A DNA stretch of 64,000 bases. Source: the human T2T-CHM13v2.0 reference genome, Homo sapiens. This document shows positions 1-18,339 of this stretch, one piece after another. The DNA is taken from NCBI RefSeq assembly GCF_009914755.1, contig NC_060939.1; one strand, given 5' to 3'. The notes beneath the pieces were generated by a model. That model had not been told where the DNA came from, ran no database searches, and saw only the letters and a program-made list of their open reading frames with translations. The translations under genes were made by a program, and so were the position numbers. The stretch's first letter is position 1, and the number at the start of each line of letters is the position of its first letter.

Positions 1-779
1 CTTGAGGTCAGTTTTTGAGACTGGATCTGATCCCAGCAGGGCTCTTCCCTGTTGTCACTTTTCCCCATTCTGACAATCTGCTCCACAGTTTTGCCTATCT
101 CTCCAATGAATCTCCTAATTTACTGCCAATTGTCTTTTTTTGCCAGTTGTCTTTTTGACTACACTTTTTTTTTCCAGAGCCCCTTAGACTTGAACTTCTG
201 CACACCCTGTTGCAAACAAAGTCTGCTCCTTTGAAAAGAAATTAGTAACTGTCTGTTTTAGGACTGCTCCTCCTCTCGGGCAAAATCTCTAGATTTTGCC
301 AAGGCTCTAGAACTGTTGGTGGAGACAGAGCTTTCCTGAAGTTCTTTTCTCTAAGTGACAACTTTGTTTTTGGAACTGAATACTTAGTGGGATGGAGTGG
401 GCAAAAGCCTTAAGTCTTTTTTGGTTTGCCTTTTCCAACATGGAACCACTGCCTTATAAGCCGTAATGAGGGCAGTTGGGGCCCCAGTATTCTCAGCAAC
501 ACCATGCTTAAGACAGACCTTCCATCCCACAAATAGAGGCTGGGCAGAAGAAGGGAACCCCTATTTCTCATCCACATTTGCCCAGGGCTTAGCCTGAGCA
601 ACAAGTAGATGGTCCAGGATAAGAAATACTGATATTCTGCCCCTCCCAGGAAGATAACCATCTAGGAGCTGAGGGATGTGGGAGCCTATGTTCTTAGACA
701 TGCACTGTCTGGATTGGAATTTCTACCATGCTGAGCTGGAAAGGGAAATGGAAGGAGCAGATTCTTGTTCAAATACCGT

Positions 780-1870
780 AGATTTTTGTTGTCCTGTCAA
801 TTTTAGTAGATTTTTGAATAAATGTTTTCTCATTTTCTCTATGCACTTAGGACTATTTCTAGAGACTTTAAATGTTTTAAAACAATTTTCATCTGTTTCA
901 CTGGGAAGCTGGTTTATGGAGCTCCTCTCTGTGTCATGCCAAAGCAGAAACATCTCCAGTAATTCTACCGGGGCTTTCTTTATTTCTGAGTTCTTCATTT
1001 TGCTTTACGCCTTGGTTGCTGGCATATCGTCACTGAATCATTTGTTTCTTTCAAGAAGAATTCTTGAACATTCTCTGAGTTTCTTAATGATCAAGAATAT
1101 CTACATAGTACTTTTGCACTTGAATGAGATTAGACACTTAAAATATTCTTGATATATACTTTTGTTTTATTTAAAACTTTGTAGATCTGTTTCCATTGTC
1201 CTTGTCATTAAAGGCTGTTTTGGGGAAGTCTCTTTTTTTTTCTCTTTCTACTTGGAAGTAACTTTATGTTTTTTTCCTGTACCTTTTTTTCTTTATCCTC
1301 AAAATTAAGTAACTTATTAAGGATATATATTAACTTTGACTGTTTTGCATCCTGGTCTATGTTATGTCTTTTCAAGCTACATATGTATTTATTTTTTCTT
1401 CACTTAAGAGTACATTTCCCATATGTCTCTGAATGTATTTTCTGATCTACTTATGGGATTCTTTAATTTTTAGATACCAGTTATCCAGATTGAATTATCT
1501 GTATTCTTTGTATCTATTTTTTGACTTAACTTATTTCACAATTCTAATCTGGTTTTTGTTGTTAAAAGAATTTTAGATATCTGACTGTATTTTGGTTCTC
1601 CATCTTTTCTCCTTAGCTTGGCATTCTCCCTTTTCATCTTTTTATCTGTTGTTTTATCATCTTCTTTTTGAACTGATGTTTTACTCCATTCAAATTCTTA
1701 TTAAGTTCTAGAGCACATAGCACTTTTCCAGATTCTGCTGTTCTTAGATTGGATTTTCTTTACAGGTGGATTATTTGACTGCTTTTGATTTTACGTTACT
1801 TATCTTTTTTTGTTTGCTTTTTTTCTATTAAAGAAACATAACTGCATCATTTGTATGCTTTTCTCTTTGT
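780..1870 (-). mobile_element. Ancient L1 (L1M-type) 5'/ORF1-region remnant, highly decayed
   Basis: Strongly T-rich plus strand with L1-like phrases (e.g. ttttaaaacaattttcatctgtttc); no intact ORF; boundaries approximate. Confidence 0.45.
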
Positions 1871-1904
1871 ATTTTTCTCAAGTTTTCATCATCAGTTCTG
1901 TCTA

Positions 1905-2210
1905 GGCCCTTGCTACCCATAGTGCAGTCTTCAAACCAGATATACTGGTGTTATCTGGAAGCTTATTAGGAATACAGAATCAAAGACCCCACCCAAGACC
2001 TACTGAAACAGAAACGGCAGTTTAACGAGGTCCCCAGGTGATCTTTATGCACATTAATGTTTGAAAGGCACTGCTGAAACTTTATTGCACATTGAAATAA
2101 CATAAGGGAGTTTAAAGAGTACTAATGCCTGAGATTCTCACTTAATTGCACTGAGATATGGCCTAGGCATGAGAATTATTCTAAAATGCAGCAAAGTGTG
2201 AGAACTACTG
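1905..2210. mobile_element. MER5-family (hAT-Charlie) MITEs, two adjacent fragments
   Basis: Typical MER5 core cagaatc...ccccacccaagacctactgaaacagaaac...ccccaggtgatctttatgcacattaatgtttg; second copy ends gtgtgagaactactg. Confidence 0.7.
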
Positions 2211-3839
2211 ACCTAGACCTTCCATTTACTGCTAATATTATGTAAATCACTTCTTTTTGTCCTTTTTATTATTTCATTCATTTTCTTAATTTCTTCAGTT
2301 TTGTCATCTGTCCCTTCCATTCTACCCTCCTTTGTGCACACCCAACAAGGGATATTGCTTTCTGTTTATTCTGTAATCTGCAAGTGAGTGTTAGGAGGGC
2401 AGAGGTGGTAAGCAAGGAGGGAAAGTTAGCTGTAAATGGTAGTAGTGGGTTCAGATCTTTCTTTTGAGATTCCATTAAATGTCTGACCTCACCAGCCAAG
2501 GATGCATCCCACCTCTGTGTATGTTGTCCTTGGAAATGGCCAGCACTTACGCCCATCTCCTTGGAATGCTACTAGCTTTCTCTCTTACATATTGTTCCTT
2601 TCCTTATCCCATGACTGCCCATGCAACTTGGACCTGCTTCTCCTTTAGTGAACAATTCTTAGGATTTGTGGACTTTCTTTTCTTAATACTAATTTTGTGG
2701 GTTGATGTTGGGGCCAGGAGTAATTTTAAGCCATTTCATAACTGAATTTTCCGCTTTGAGTAATTATGTCTCAAGATTGCTTACCACCCTACCCTTTTAT
2801 TGCTGATGAATTTTTGCTTTTTTTCCCTTTACTTTAATAGGGGCTTGGTTAGAGAGGCCTTGCTTAGTTTTACTATTAATCTAGATGTTACATGGCTATT
2901 CACACAAACTAAATTTGTGTTAGTATTTTCAGCAAAAACAGTTGACATTTGGGGCATACATTGAGTAGTAAGCTCTAGACTCTAGTCAGAATTGCTTTAA
3001 ATCCCAGCCATTTTATATATGATTCTGAGAAGTTTTCTATATTATGTTTTTATGTATGCTTTATTTTTTTAAATGTTAGTTTACTCAAGAAATGTAGGCC
3101 TGTTTTCCAATTTATAAATAATGTATGCCTGTGTATGCTCTGTAGCAAATATGTAAAAATAATCTGTCTTTCAGAAAGGGCTACTTACATATTTAGGAGT
3201 GTTTATATTAATCCTATTTTCAGTGCACCAGATGAGCTCTATCCAAGCACCAACAATTCTTATTTAGAATTTAAATAACAATGTAGCTCATTAAAAAAAA
3301 AAGAATTATAGTTAAAAAATATAGCTCAATGTAAGGTAAAGAAGCTAAACATACTGATTTTTTAAAAGCAAAGCAAATTTTATTACACATAAAATTAATA
3401 TATCAATATACAATAAGTTACACTGTTTTATCTTACTGTACATTAATTCAAGAGGCTATTTTTACTTTTATCTTTAATCCCACTTCTATTTTTAATTATA
3501 TCTGTTTGATATTTTATAAATTAAATTGTTTTTAGCTTTTGGTAAAGTTTTTCTGGGGTTAGCAGGGTTTATCAGCTGCATTTCTAATGAGTAAATGTTT
3601 AGTAATGTATCTGAGGTCACTGACAAGACATATGGAAATAGATGACACGAGATACTTCATTCATTCCATGTTCTTTCTAATAAGGTAATTCATTGCTTTA
3701 ATTGCATGTTATAATATCAGCAGATTAGATAAATCCTTCCAAGTAAAAGCTATCTTTGTTGTCTTTAAACATCTCCAAAGTTTTTCACAATATGAATTAG
3801 CTCATATATACATTTTAATGTATCTTTTTTTTATTTTTG

Positions 3840-4520
3840 CCATCATAAGTCTGAGGTCACTTGAAATTTAGTTGCAACTACAAGTCAGTTTGAGGAGAAT
3901 TAACATCATAATAATACTGAGTCAGATAAATTTATTTAGATCTTTAGTTCTCTCAGATACGTTTCATAGTTTCTAGATTACGGAGTTCAAACATCTTTCA
4001 TTGTATTTATTGTAGTTTTATGTTTGTTACATTTTATTTAACATGTTTATTAAATAATATATATTTGTATATAATAAAATATGTTATAAATATATTTATT
4101 ATAGTTATATTTTATTATATGTTATATTTGTATGTATATGTATATATGTATTTGATTTTGTCAATGCCATGTAAATGCTATTTTAAGAATTTTATTTTCT
4201 AATTATGATAGTATATAAAATTATATTTAATATTCATATATTGACCTTCTATCCTATAACCTGGCCAAGTACACTATTGCTAGTAATTGCTTTATAAATT
4301 CTTCAGGATTTTCTACATAGATAATCATACCATCTGACAATTAAAATAGTTTTCTTTAAATCTCAATCTTTATGCCTTTTCCTTCTTTTTTTTTCCTATG
4401 GCAGTGGCCTCTAGTAAAAATGTGAATAGAATGATGACGTGACAGAAGATATCCTTGCCTTCTTCTCAATCTTAGCGGAAAAAAATTTAATATTTTGCCA
4501 TTAACTTTGATGTGAACACT
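3840..4520 (-). mobile_element. Old L1M ORF2 fragment with AT-rich insert
   Basis: ggattttctacatagataatcataccatctg and atatccttgccttcttctcaatcttag match antisense L1 ORF2. Confidence 0.65.
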
Positions 4521-4638
4521 AAGAAACTAACCATGTAGACTCTGTAATTAGTCTTTTACTATATTTGCTTTATCACAAACTATTTAGCAATTCATCTATG
4601 AATGGATCAACCCATCGTTTTAAAAAATATATATTACA

Positions 4639-4881
4639 GGCCGAGCGCGGTGGTTCACACCCGTAATCCTAGCACTTTGGGAGGCCAAGGCAGGCAGATT
4701 GCCTGAGGTCGGGAGTTCAAGACCAGCCTGGCCAACATGGTGAAACCCCACCTCTACTAAAAATACAAAAAAAAAGCTGGATGTGGTGGCGGGTGCCTGT
4801 AATCCCAGCTACTCAGGAGGCTGAGGCAGGAGAATTGCTTGAACCCAGGCAACAGAGCAAGACTTCATCTCAAAAAAAAAA
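4639..4881 (+). mobile_element. AluS with internal deletion in the right arm
   Basis: ggccgagcgcggtggttcac start; gaacccagg joined directly to caacagagc; short A tail. Confidence 0.95.
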
Positions 4882-5095
4882 TATAGATATAACAAAGTAA
4901 GTTACAGACATCTAATACCTCACTCCAAACAGCTAAGTGTACAAAGCATTAACTATGTATGGTTCATTGCTTATTTACAGTCCTCATTTTGTCTTTTGTG
5001 GTAAAATCTATATTTAATGAAATACACAAACCGGAATTGTATTATTTCATGGTTTTTTGACAACTCCATACACCTCCATGTAATCCAAACTCTAT

Positions 5096-5427
5096 TGTGA
5101 AAGACAAAAAATGCAGTGGAAGATTAAGCAGATGATTTTATTTAGGCTGTTACAATAGGGAAAACATTAATTAATGAGAAACATTTCAAAGAAAAGGAAG
5201 TGGGTCTAGGGTTTTACAGAGGTAGGTAAACAAGGAGGTCATCCACAAGTCTTATGAGAGCCGTGCGGAAGGACAGGGCTGGGTCTTACCTGGGAATATG
5301 CAAGGGAAGGGTGGTCACTGGCAGTTAGCTGTGTCTAGGTAAATAAAAGTGTGTGTGTGTGTTGGGGGATTCTTAACCATCTCTGTGTTTTGGGAACATA
5401 GGGCTCAGGTAAAGTTCAACATTATCA
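5096..5427 (-). mobile_element. ERV1-class LTR (3' LTR of a minus-strand provirus remnant)
   Basis: TG...CA termini (tgtga...attatca); on the minus strand begins tgataatgttgaactttacctgagccc, preceded by a purine-rich PPT-like tract; AATAAA on minus (tttatt near 5138). Confidence 0.7.
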
Positions 5428-7002
5428 GCCCACACTTTTGTTTAAGAAGAATATTATTTGTTGCTGTACAGCTCAGAGAAGATAATAAACATCCTGAGTG
5501 TGGCAAAGAAGGGTCTGAGAAATAGTCTCAGAAACAACTCTTGTTGGTGCTCTTCCTGTATAATCAGTTAAAGTCATCTTTTGAGAATTGGTGGCAAAGG
5601 TCAGTTGTTTTAGAGCCCCCCAAATCAGGCATGTTTTAAAAAGGTATGGCAGAACTGAAAAAGAGAAAATATTAATATAAAAGGTTGTATTAAAGAACCA
5701 GGAGTGAGACTGGTGGTTATCAGTCCAGTGGATTCCAAGAGGTCAGTGGAGGAAAATATTTTCATTACACAGCACTGCTCTTGCTTTCAAGCTGGAATAT
5801 TGATGCATTTGGTAAAGTTCACATTCTTATGTAGGGGTTTGTATGACCCAAGCATTTCACTAGACTTTCTTTCCAGGATGTATTTTGGATCATCCATCAT
5901 CTTCTGTTGTGGTGAGTCTTTTCAAGGCTTACATCAAGTTTCCAGAATTCAGCTCACAAGCCTTCTTCAGATCCCAAGTAAAAGGGCCAAACACAAAGCT
6001 GCTTAGAGCCAAGTTAGAGATCTGGCAGTTGGATTTTAGGTGTCTGATGATGAGCTAGAAAGGAGAGAGAAAAATGGAAAAGTTAGTTTGGAGACATGTT
6101 GCCAGATACTGTAGAAAACTGGAATAAATGAAAATTTGGTAAGGACTTTTAAGTTTTACAAGTAACAGAATCCAAGGCAACTTACTACTAAGTACTAAAA
6201 CTATATTTTTCCCATAGTAGGGGAGAAGTCAATTAAATCTCTACTCAAAAAGATGGAGTTTGCCTATGTATCTCTTACCTGCAATTTAAAGGGTTGCAAA
6301 ATAGCACAAAGACATTGAACAAGGCAGATTCTGATCACTCAGAAGAGTGTGCTATATATAGATGGTTCATAGTTTTGCATTGTAGTACAACACTTCTCTA
6401 CAGTCACCCTGCTTTTGATCAAAAGTAATCTCAAAGAAAAATCATTCTTGATCACAGAATAAGGCTTATCACATTACATTTGGCTTGATTATTTACATAG
6501 ATGCAACAAGAATGGTAATTTACAGATGTGAGGGTGATCTGGCTGCGACATCTGTCACCTCATTGATTGCCAGAGTTGATTCGGCTGATCTGGCTGGCTA
6601 GGCGGCTGTTCCCTTCTTCCCTCATTGCTCCATGTGCATCCCTCCCAAAGCTGTGCATTGGGTGGAGGAGGACGAACATCCCCAATAGAGGAAGACCAAT
6701 AGAGAGTATACAAGTAGCTGTGCTCCCCTGCTAGAACCTCCAAACAAGCTCTCAAGAATGGTGATTTACCAGGCAGACCTTAAATTTGCTTTGCTGGAAA
6801 TTTTTGTGAGGAATTTCAGATTGGACTTTTAAAAGCCTCTTAAGGATAGGAGGACAAGCCAAAGATTTGTCATCTAATTTCACCTGTAATACCTGTAAGT
6901 TTGCAGGAATTTCTTCCCAAGATCCCCTCAATTTCCTAAGTTTCCAGAGCCTCCTAGGACATGACCTTCTTTACTCGCCTGTAAGGTTGGGAACCCTGTA
7001 AG
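5428..7002 (-). mobile_element. ERV1 (MER4-group-like) internal sequence, non-coding, interrupted by a 7SK copy
   Basis: Contiguous with the LTR; phrases recalled from MER4-group internals (taaatttgctttgctggaaa; ttactcgcctgtaaggttgggaaccc). Confidence 0.6.
6525..6756 (+). pseudogene. RN7SKP: 7SK snRNA retropseudogene, 3'-truncated and tailless
   Basis: gatgtgagggtgatctggctgcgacatctgtcacc...ctagaacctccaaacaagctctcaag matches the 7SK 5' ~240 nt; flanked by caagaatggt(a/g)atttac at 6507-6523 and 6753-6769. Confidence 0.97.
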
Positions 7003-9665
7003 TTTATTCTATTTGTGCTATTGTTTGTTTCACTACTTTGTGGCTACACCATTTGTTGTGGATCTTTTAGGGAATTCTAAGGCAAGATGTGCTCTTAGTT
7101 TTGCCTTTTATTTCTAATGTTGATGCCCCAAGAGTGAGATATCCCTTCTGAAGTGGGAGCCTTCTTTTGTCTTGCCTTAAAAAAAAAAAAGCACCACAGA
7201 AGTCTTTTGTACTTACAGTGCCCAAGCCAGTTGCCCAGACAACAACATCTCTACTCTTCCCCAACAACATTAATTTTAATAGAGACTACCTGGGTTTGGG
7301 TACTTAAAACTTGTGTTAAGAGGACCTGAGAAAGGATAGAAATCAATAGTCTCTGCTGTCCCTGTTGAATAAAAGCTTTTGATAGTGCTAATAGCTATAT
7401 GAAAGGCAAAAATCCTCACTTAAATGATCAGTTGGCCTTGAAAATAACACCAAATCAACATAGGTAATTTCTATTTGTTCATTTTTTGCAGTCTTTAGCC
7501 AGAATTCTATCCTTAGCTGGAAAATATGTTAGTCCCCACATCAAATAATAAGCCTGCTATAATTCCAAACCACTTAGCAACCTTTTCTGTGTCATTCAGG
7601 TGTAAATTAGTGAATGTTATGTTTCCTAATCAGAGTTGCTATCATGATGTATTAACAGGGAAAGCTAATTGAATAGCAGAATTCTTTGAGTGAAGCAGCT
7701 CTTTCAGTTGGCACTGGCTTACCATATCATGGCAGTATTTCATTAAATCTTCATAAAGTACAACTTTATTTAAAATGTAATAATTGACTGTCAGTGGAAA
7801 ATAAGTGATAGGCATAGTGGGGAGTAAGAGAAACTTCTGCCAGTGACTATTCTACCTGCTGTTTTTTTCTCACAGTCAGAACATCTCTTTGGTATGGGAG
7901 AGACAGAAACTGAAATGTACTGACCTCTTTGTAGAGCTTGGGGGTATGGACCTAAAGGCTTCAGAGAAACACAGCACATGCTGAGCAGCCCACAAAGCCC
8001 CCATTATTGCTGTGTGGGCAACTCCGTTTGCATCTCATTGAAAATGTTGTCTTGCACATCAACGTACGCAATTAAAAAATAAAAGAGGAAAAACATCCGC
8101 CTGCTTGTTTAAGATGCTCAGCAAAAGAAGGGAAGCTTGAGATTTGAGAGAAAAGGGAAGGTTTGTAGTATCAAACTTCCATCCTCACCCCCCTACTGAA
8201 ACTTGCCTGTAAAGCTACTTTTTAAAAAGCCTTGAAAAGAAGAGGAGGGAAAAGCCCTGAAAGAAGCTTTCATGTCTGCCAAAATGTAAGTTCATTAACC
8301 AGTATATAAAGAAATGAAATTTTGGTTCACTTGCTGTAATATTAACTTAAAAATAAATTGAATACAATGTATTTAATTTCTCATGCTGTTCCTCCAGGGC
8401 ACAAGCTCTGTTTGTGAGCTCAATAAATACATAGTAAAAATCTGGAATGATAGAGAAATCGAAATAAAAGCTAAGAAAAGTTGAAAAGGAATCAGAGAAT
8501 TAGGGAAAGGAAGTAGACTGTGTGAAAAGAAAACAGAGGAGAAATTAGGGAATGAAACTTCTATGAGGTTTTCAGAAGTTGTATGTAAAGTGTTGCAGTA
8601 AGGGAAAGTATCTTAGATGTTGCCTTCACTCTCTGCCTCACCTCTTCTGCCTCTGCCTCTCCAGCTTTGTGTAACTGAGTTCCCTGATGTTCTATCACAC
8701 CTCCCTCTCCAGGGACTGTTCATCTCAGCCTCCTGGACCATTCATATCAATCAGGAAGTTTGATGGTCCACTCTTTCAGCAGGTGAATTTGTCTATGAAG
8801 ATAAGGAATCATTACCTGAACTCCACCTAATTTCTGCTAGAGGGCAGGTTCTACAAACGAACCTATGGATGTGTTCTACCCACCTGCACTGAAGCTGCAG
8901 TTTAGATTTACTGGGGAAGGTGAGAATGGATGAAAATGAAGAAGATTACATATGCTGGATGCAGTTGACTGAGAGTAGGAAAATAGACAAAGGAACTGTT
9001 AACAGAATCATTGATATCCAACCCTGGAAATGATGGCAGTGGTGGTCCAGTGGGAAGAAACAACACTAACAGATTTTGTATTTGGAAATAGGGTGTCATA
9101 TTTAGCTTCATGATTGCCTGCATTTTCTGTGAGCAAGAGATGCAATCACCTTGAAAAATACAAAATACAGTTATAATCACCACACAAATATAGAATACAT
9201 ATGTGCTGAGAAAGGAAAAAGAATAAAATTAACATTACTAGCAGTCACTGTTAGTATAAGGATACCTTATCTTACTGCACTCACTTTATTGCACTTTGCA
9301 GATGTTGCATTTTTTACAAATTGAGGGCAACTCTGTGTTGAACAAGTTTATCAGTGCAATTTTTCCAACATGTGCTCACTTCATATCTGTGTGTCACATT
9401 TTTGGTAATTGTCACAATGTTTTATTCTTTTTCATTATTATTATATTTGTTTTGGTGATCTGTGATCAGTGATCTTTGATGTTACTATTGTAATTGCTTT
9501 GGGGCATCATAACCTGTGCCCATATTAGGTGGCAAACTAATTGATAAAATTTGTGTGTGGTCTGACTGCTCCACCAACCTGCTATTCTCCCTTCTCTCTC
9601 TCCTTGGGCCTCCCTATTCCCTGAGACAAAACAATTTTGAATTTAGGCCAATTAGTAACCCTACA

Positions 9666-11050
9666 TTGGCCTCTAAGTATTCAAGTGATAGGAAAAGTCA
9701 TGTATCTCTCACTTTACATCGAAAGTTAGAAGTGATTAAGCTGAGTAAGTAAGTCCTATCAGAAGCCAAGACAGGCCGAAAGCAAGGCCTCTTGTACCAG
9801 TTAATCAAGTGTCGAAAGCAAAGGAAAAATTCTTGAAGAAAATTAAAAGTTCTACTCCATTGAACACATGAATGATATGAAAGCGAAACATTTTTACTGC
9901 TGATATTCAGAAAGTTTCAGTGGTCTAGATAGAAGTTCAAACCAGCCACAGCATTCCCTTGAACCAGAATCAAATCCAGAGCAAGACCATGAATCTCTTT
10001 GATTCTATGAAGGCTGAGAGAGGTGAAGAAGCTAAGAAGAAAAGTTTGAAGCTAGCACAGGTTGGCTCATGAGTATTAAAGAACCTCTGTAACATAACAT
10101 AAAAGGTCTCCATAACATAAAATGTCAAAGTGAAGCAGCAAATGCCCATGGAGAAACATCAGCAGGTTATCCAGAAGATCTGGCTAAGATCATGGAAGAG
10201 GGTGGCTACTCTAAACAACAGATTTTCAATGCAGCTGAAATGGCTTTGTATTGGAAGAAGATGTCATGTTGGATTTTCATAGCTAGAGAGGAGAAGTTCA
10301 AGTCTGGATTCAAAGCTTTGAAGGACAGCCCAACTCTCTTGTTAGGGACTGATGCAGCTGCTGACTTTAAGTTGAAGCCAATGCTCATTTGCCATTCCAA
10401 AAAATCCTAGGAGTCTTTAAGAATTATGCTAACTCTACTCTGTTTGTGCTCTATAAATGGAAAAATAAACCGTGGATGACACTACATCTGTTTACTGCAT
10501 GGTTTTAGCGAATATTTTAAGACTATTGTGAAGACCTACTGCTCAGAAAAAAAGATTCACTTCAAAATATTACTGTTCATTGACAATGCTCCTAGTCACC
10601 CAAGAGCTCAGATGGAAATGTACAAGGAGGTTAATGTTTTCATGCCTGCTAACAAAACATTCATTCTGTGGCCCATGGATCAAGGAGTAATTTCAACTTA
10701 TAAGCGTTATTCTTTAGTAAATAATTTTGTAAGGATATAGCTGCCTTAGACAGTTATTCCTATGAAGGATCTGGGCAAAGTAAAATGAAAACCTTCGGGT
10801 AAGGATTCACCATTATAAATGGCATAAAGAGCATTCATGATTCATGGGAGGAGGTCAAGTTACCGACATCAACAGATGTTTCAATGAAATTGATTCCAAC
10901 TCTCATGGATGACCTTGAGGGGTTAATACTTCAGTGGAGGAAATAACTGTAGATGTGGTGGATATAGCAATAGAACTAGAATTATTAATAGACATGAAGC
11001 CTGAAGCTGAGACTGAATTGCTGCAATTTCATGATATAACGTTAATGGAT
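9666..11050 (+). pseudogene. Tigger1 transposase, disrupted
   Basis: Start codon appears mutated to TTG at 9666; multiple stops and frameshifts; pogo-like DDE motifs in ORFs 10192..10410 and 10528..10740. Confidence 0.85.
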
Positions 11051-11510
11051 GAGGAGTTGCTTCTTATGGGTGAGCAAAGAAAGTGATTTCTTGAGATGGA
11101 CTCTACTCCTGGTGAAGATGTTGTGAACATTGTTGAAATGACAACAAAAGATCTAGACTATTATGCAAATACAGTTAACAAAGCAGTGGCAGATTTCAGA
11201 AGATTGACTCCAATTTTGAAAGAAGTCATACTGTGGGTAGAATGCTATCAAATTACATCACATGCTACATAGAAATCTTTCATGGAAGTGAGAGTCAATC
11301 CATGCAGCAAACTTCATTTTTGTCTTATTTCAAGAAATTGGCACAGCCACCCTGGCCTTTAGCAAATCATCACCCTGATCATCAACAGAGAGGCAAACCA
11401 TCAACAGAGAGGGAAGACCATCTGCCAGCAGAAAGACTGTGACTCAGTGCAGACTCAGATGGCCATTAGCATTTTTAGAAATAAAGCATTTTTAAATTAA
11501 GGTATGTATA

Positions 11511-15684
<4,174 letters not shown>

Positions 15685-16199
15685 TATTTTTTTGATATAA
15701 TGTCTGTGCATCTAATAGAGCACAGTATAATGTTAACATAAATTTTATTTTCGATGGAAAACCAAAATATTCATGTGGATTTACTGCAATCTTTGCTTTG
15801 TTGTAACATTCTGGAACCAAACCCACAGCATTTTTGAGATATGCCCATTCTTATTATTTTTCATTTCTTTATATTTCCACGATACATCTAAATATAGATA
15901 TTTTTATCCCAATTTTACAAATAAGGATATTAAAGCATATATAGGTTTACCCTAATTATAGAACTAGCAAGTAGCTGAATCAATTAATTCAGCTTAGTTT
16001 TACACTATACCCTATCCTTCCTCCATTACAATACTATACTGCCTGGCATGGAAGAGTAATAATTGTCCTTATTACTGTAAATTATGTGATAATAATGTGC
16101 TTAGTATCCTACTCTCTAAACACAAAGAATTCATGTGTGCATATACATGTATAGGTACTCACTGAAAACAGGACATTTGCTAATTTTGACATAAAAATT

Positions 16200-16630
16200 A
16201 TTGTTAGGATCATTATCAACTCCACTTTGTCATGATCCCTACCCTATCCCCACCAACAATAACCACTTTAATGACTTCTAGTAGCATAGATGCTTTTCAT
16301 CTGTTTTTGAATTTTGTGTAAACGGATTTATGCAGTATGTGCTCTTTGTGTCGGCTTCTTTTGCTCAACATTAGGCTTGTGATATTAATCCTGATTTTCA
16401 CAATAGAATACTATACAGCAGGGAGAATAAATACTCACAGTATCCTATTATATTTTAACACAAGTTATTTATTCTACTGTTGATGAACATGTTGGTAATT
16501 TTTAGGTGCCTACTATCGTGAGTACTGTTGCTACAAACACTCTTATAAGTGTATTTTGGTAAATGAGTGGACACATTTCTGTTGGATATATGCCTGCGAG
16601 AGTATGCATATATTCAGTTTTTTAGTATTT
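16200..16630 (-). mobile_element. L1ME-type 3' fragment
   Basis: aaccactttaatgacttc...cagtatgtgctctttgtgtcggcttcttttgctcaacatt. Confidence 0.7.
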
Positions 16631-18339
16631 TTAAAATGTCTGTGAACAGTGTAGACTATTTTATTTCAAAGCCACTCAAGGAAATTGTACAGAACAGAAG
16701 GTGATAGCACATTTGAGGGTCAGTTAGTGTGGGGCACTATACTGGAAGCTTTTCTGGCTACTTTTAATGTAGATGATGCTATGATGCCTTGTCTGTGTCT
16801 TTCCTTTGTCATTGTTCCTGACATCAGCCCCAAGGCTCAAACCATCTTTTCCCTTTTCTAGGTAGACGCTTACCGGCACTGTTGGGCAGCAAAGTATGCT
16901 TTTTATGTGACCTATTTCCCAACATTCTCATGCCACTTCTCTGACTGCTGTGCCCCCTCTCTCCTGCCAGCCAAGCTCCTTCATGTCCTCACTCTCCTAT
17001 CTTCCCTGTTTTTTCACTATGATTTCCTGATGTTGAGCTTAACAGGGGCTAGCATTTCTAGAGTCCAGAGAAACTTTTAGTCCTGGTTTCTCAAAGGCCA
17101 GACTGTTGGAAAGCCCTTCACAGTGGTTTCCTTTCTGTCATTTGAGACACAGTGGTGTCCCATATTCCACCCCACCCTCATTTTCCTCTTTTTTAAATTC
17201 CTAAGCCCTCTAAACCCCAAAGTGGCAGGACCTAGAATGTGGTTGTTTGGCAGACACACCAGGCACAATCAGCAGAAGGAAAAGTATATGCGTACATGTG
17301 TGTGTATATGTTTTTTCACTCGAGCACATGCCCTATCCTGAATCATTAAATTTAAACACTCATGGAGGCTGTGACACCACAAGCTGTTTGGCATTGCGAA
17401 CTCTAGGCACATACTGATTAATTGGTTGAATTGTACTTTGACTTTCCGTTGGAGGTTTTGGTGTTTACTTACAGCTTACATCTGTCTCCTCTCACTCAAT
17501 TCCTGCCACTTTTCTTTCCAAACTCTCATTTTCTTTTCCTACAAATCTCTTACGTTGGCAGCTTTCACATTCTACCCGAAGTGGCTTGAGGAACACTTGA
17601 GACTTTTCGACTTCAGAAAGAGAGCCAGGCCTCATCAGTAGTGGGTGGGCTGAGGCTCGGGTTGTTGCCTCTACTTTCCCACCATGCTAAGAGAAATGTC
17701 CAGCTGGAGACAATTTGAGGCTACACCAGAAACACAGCAAGCACACCAGCTTAACACTTCTTATATGTGTGAGCCTGTCTCAACCCTGTGTTTAATCATA
17801 GCCCACCTACTCACCCTTGCCACAGCTGGCACAGGCAAACCATTCACAGACAGCAGGAGCTGCAGGCTGTTGCACAGACAGGGTCCTGATCACATCTGCT
17901 GCCGCTGTTGCCCATACCTTACTCGGATAGGAAGTCCTGGGTGTATAACCTCCATTTCTATTTGACCTTCTACTTTAACTCCCTTTCTTGGTTTAGTGGG
18001 CTTTGGCTTCCTTTTTCTGTCATCACCTCTACCCACTGCTTTTGGTTCACTTGAAGAGCCGAGATCCTAGGAATCCCACAAAACTAGCCTTTGCCACCAA
18101 AAGTGTCTCCCTTACGCACAACACATCCAATTCAGGAAGGTTCAGACAGGAATCCTTTTTTAAAAAAGCTCTGTAAGCAAGAGGCATATCTCAAATAGAT
18201 CACATAGTATCATAGATGTGAAGATGTTTGAACATCTGCCAGAAGATGTGCTTGAACCTATTGTTTATATGGTGACAGTTAAACACTTGTTATCACTCAC
18301 ATCATATAATTTTTAAAAGAGAAATTTAAAAAGTCACAA

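Noticed and set aside
676-1152. 158-aa plus-strand ORF
   Set aside because: F/L/S-rich product of T-rich decayed L1-like sequence; no recognisable domain
6525-6756. Functional 7SK gene
   Set aside because: Lacks the 3' ~90 nt including the LARP7-binding hairpin and U tail, shows CpG decay, has a TSD and no recognisable upstream PSE/TATA
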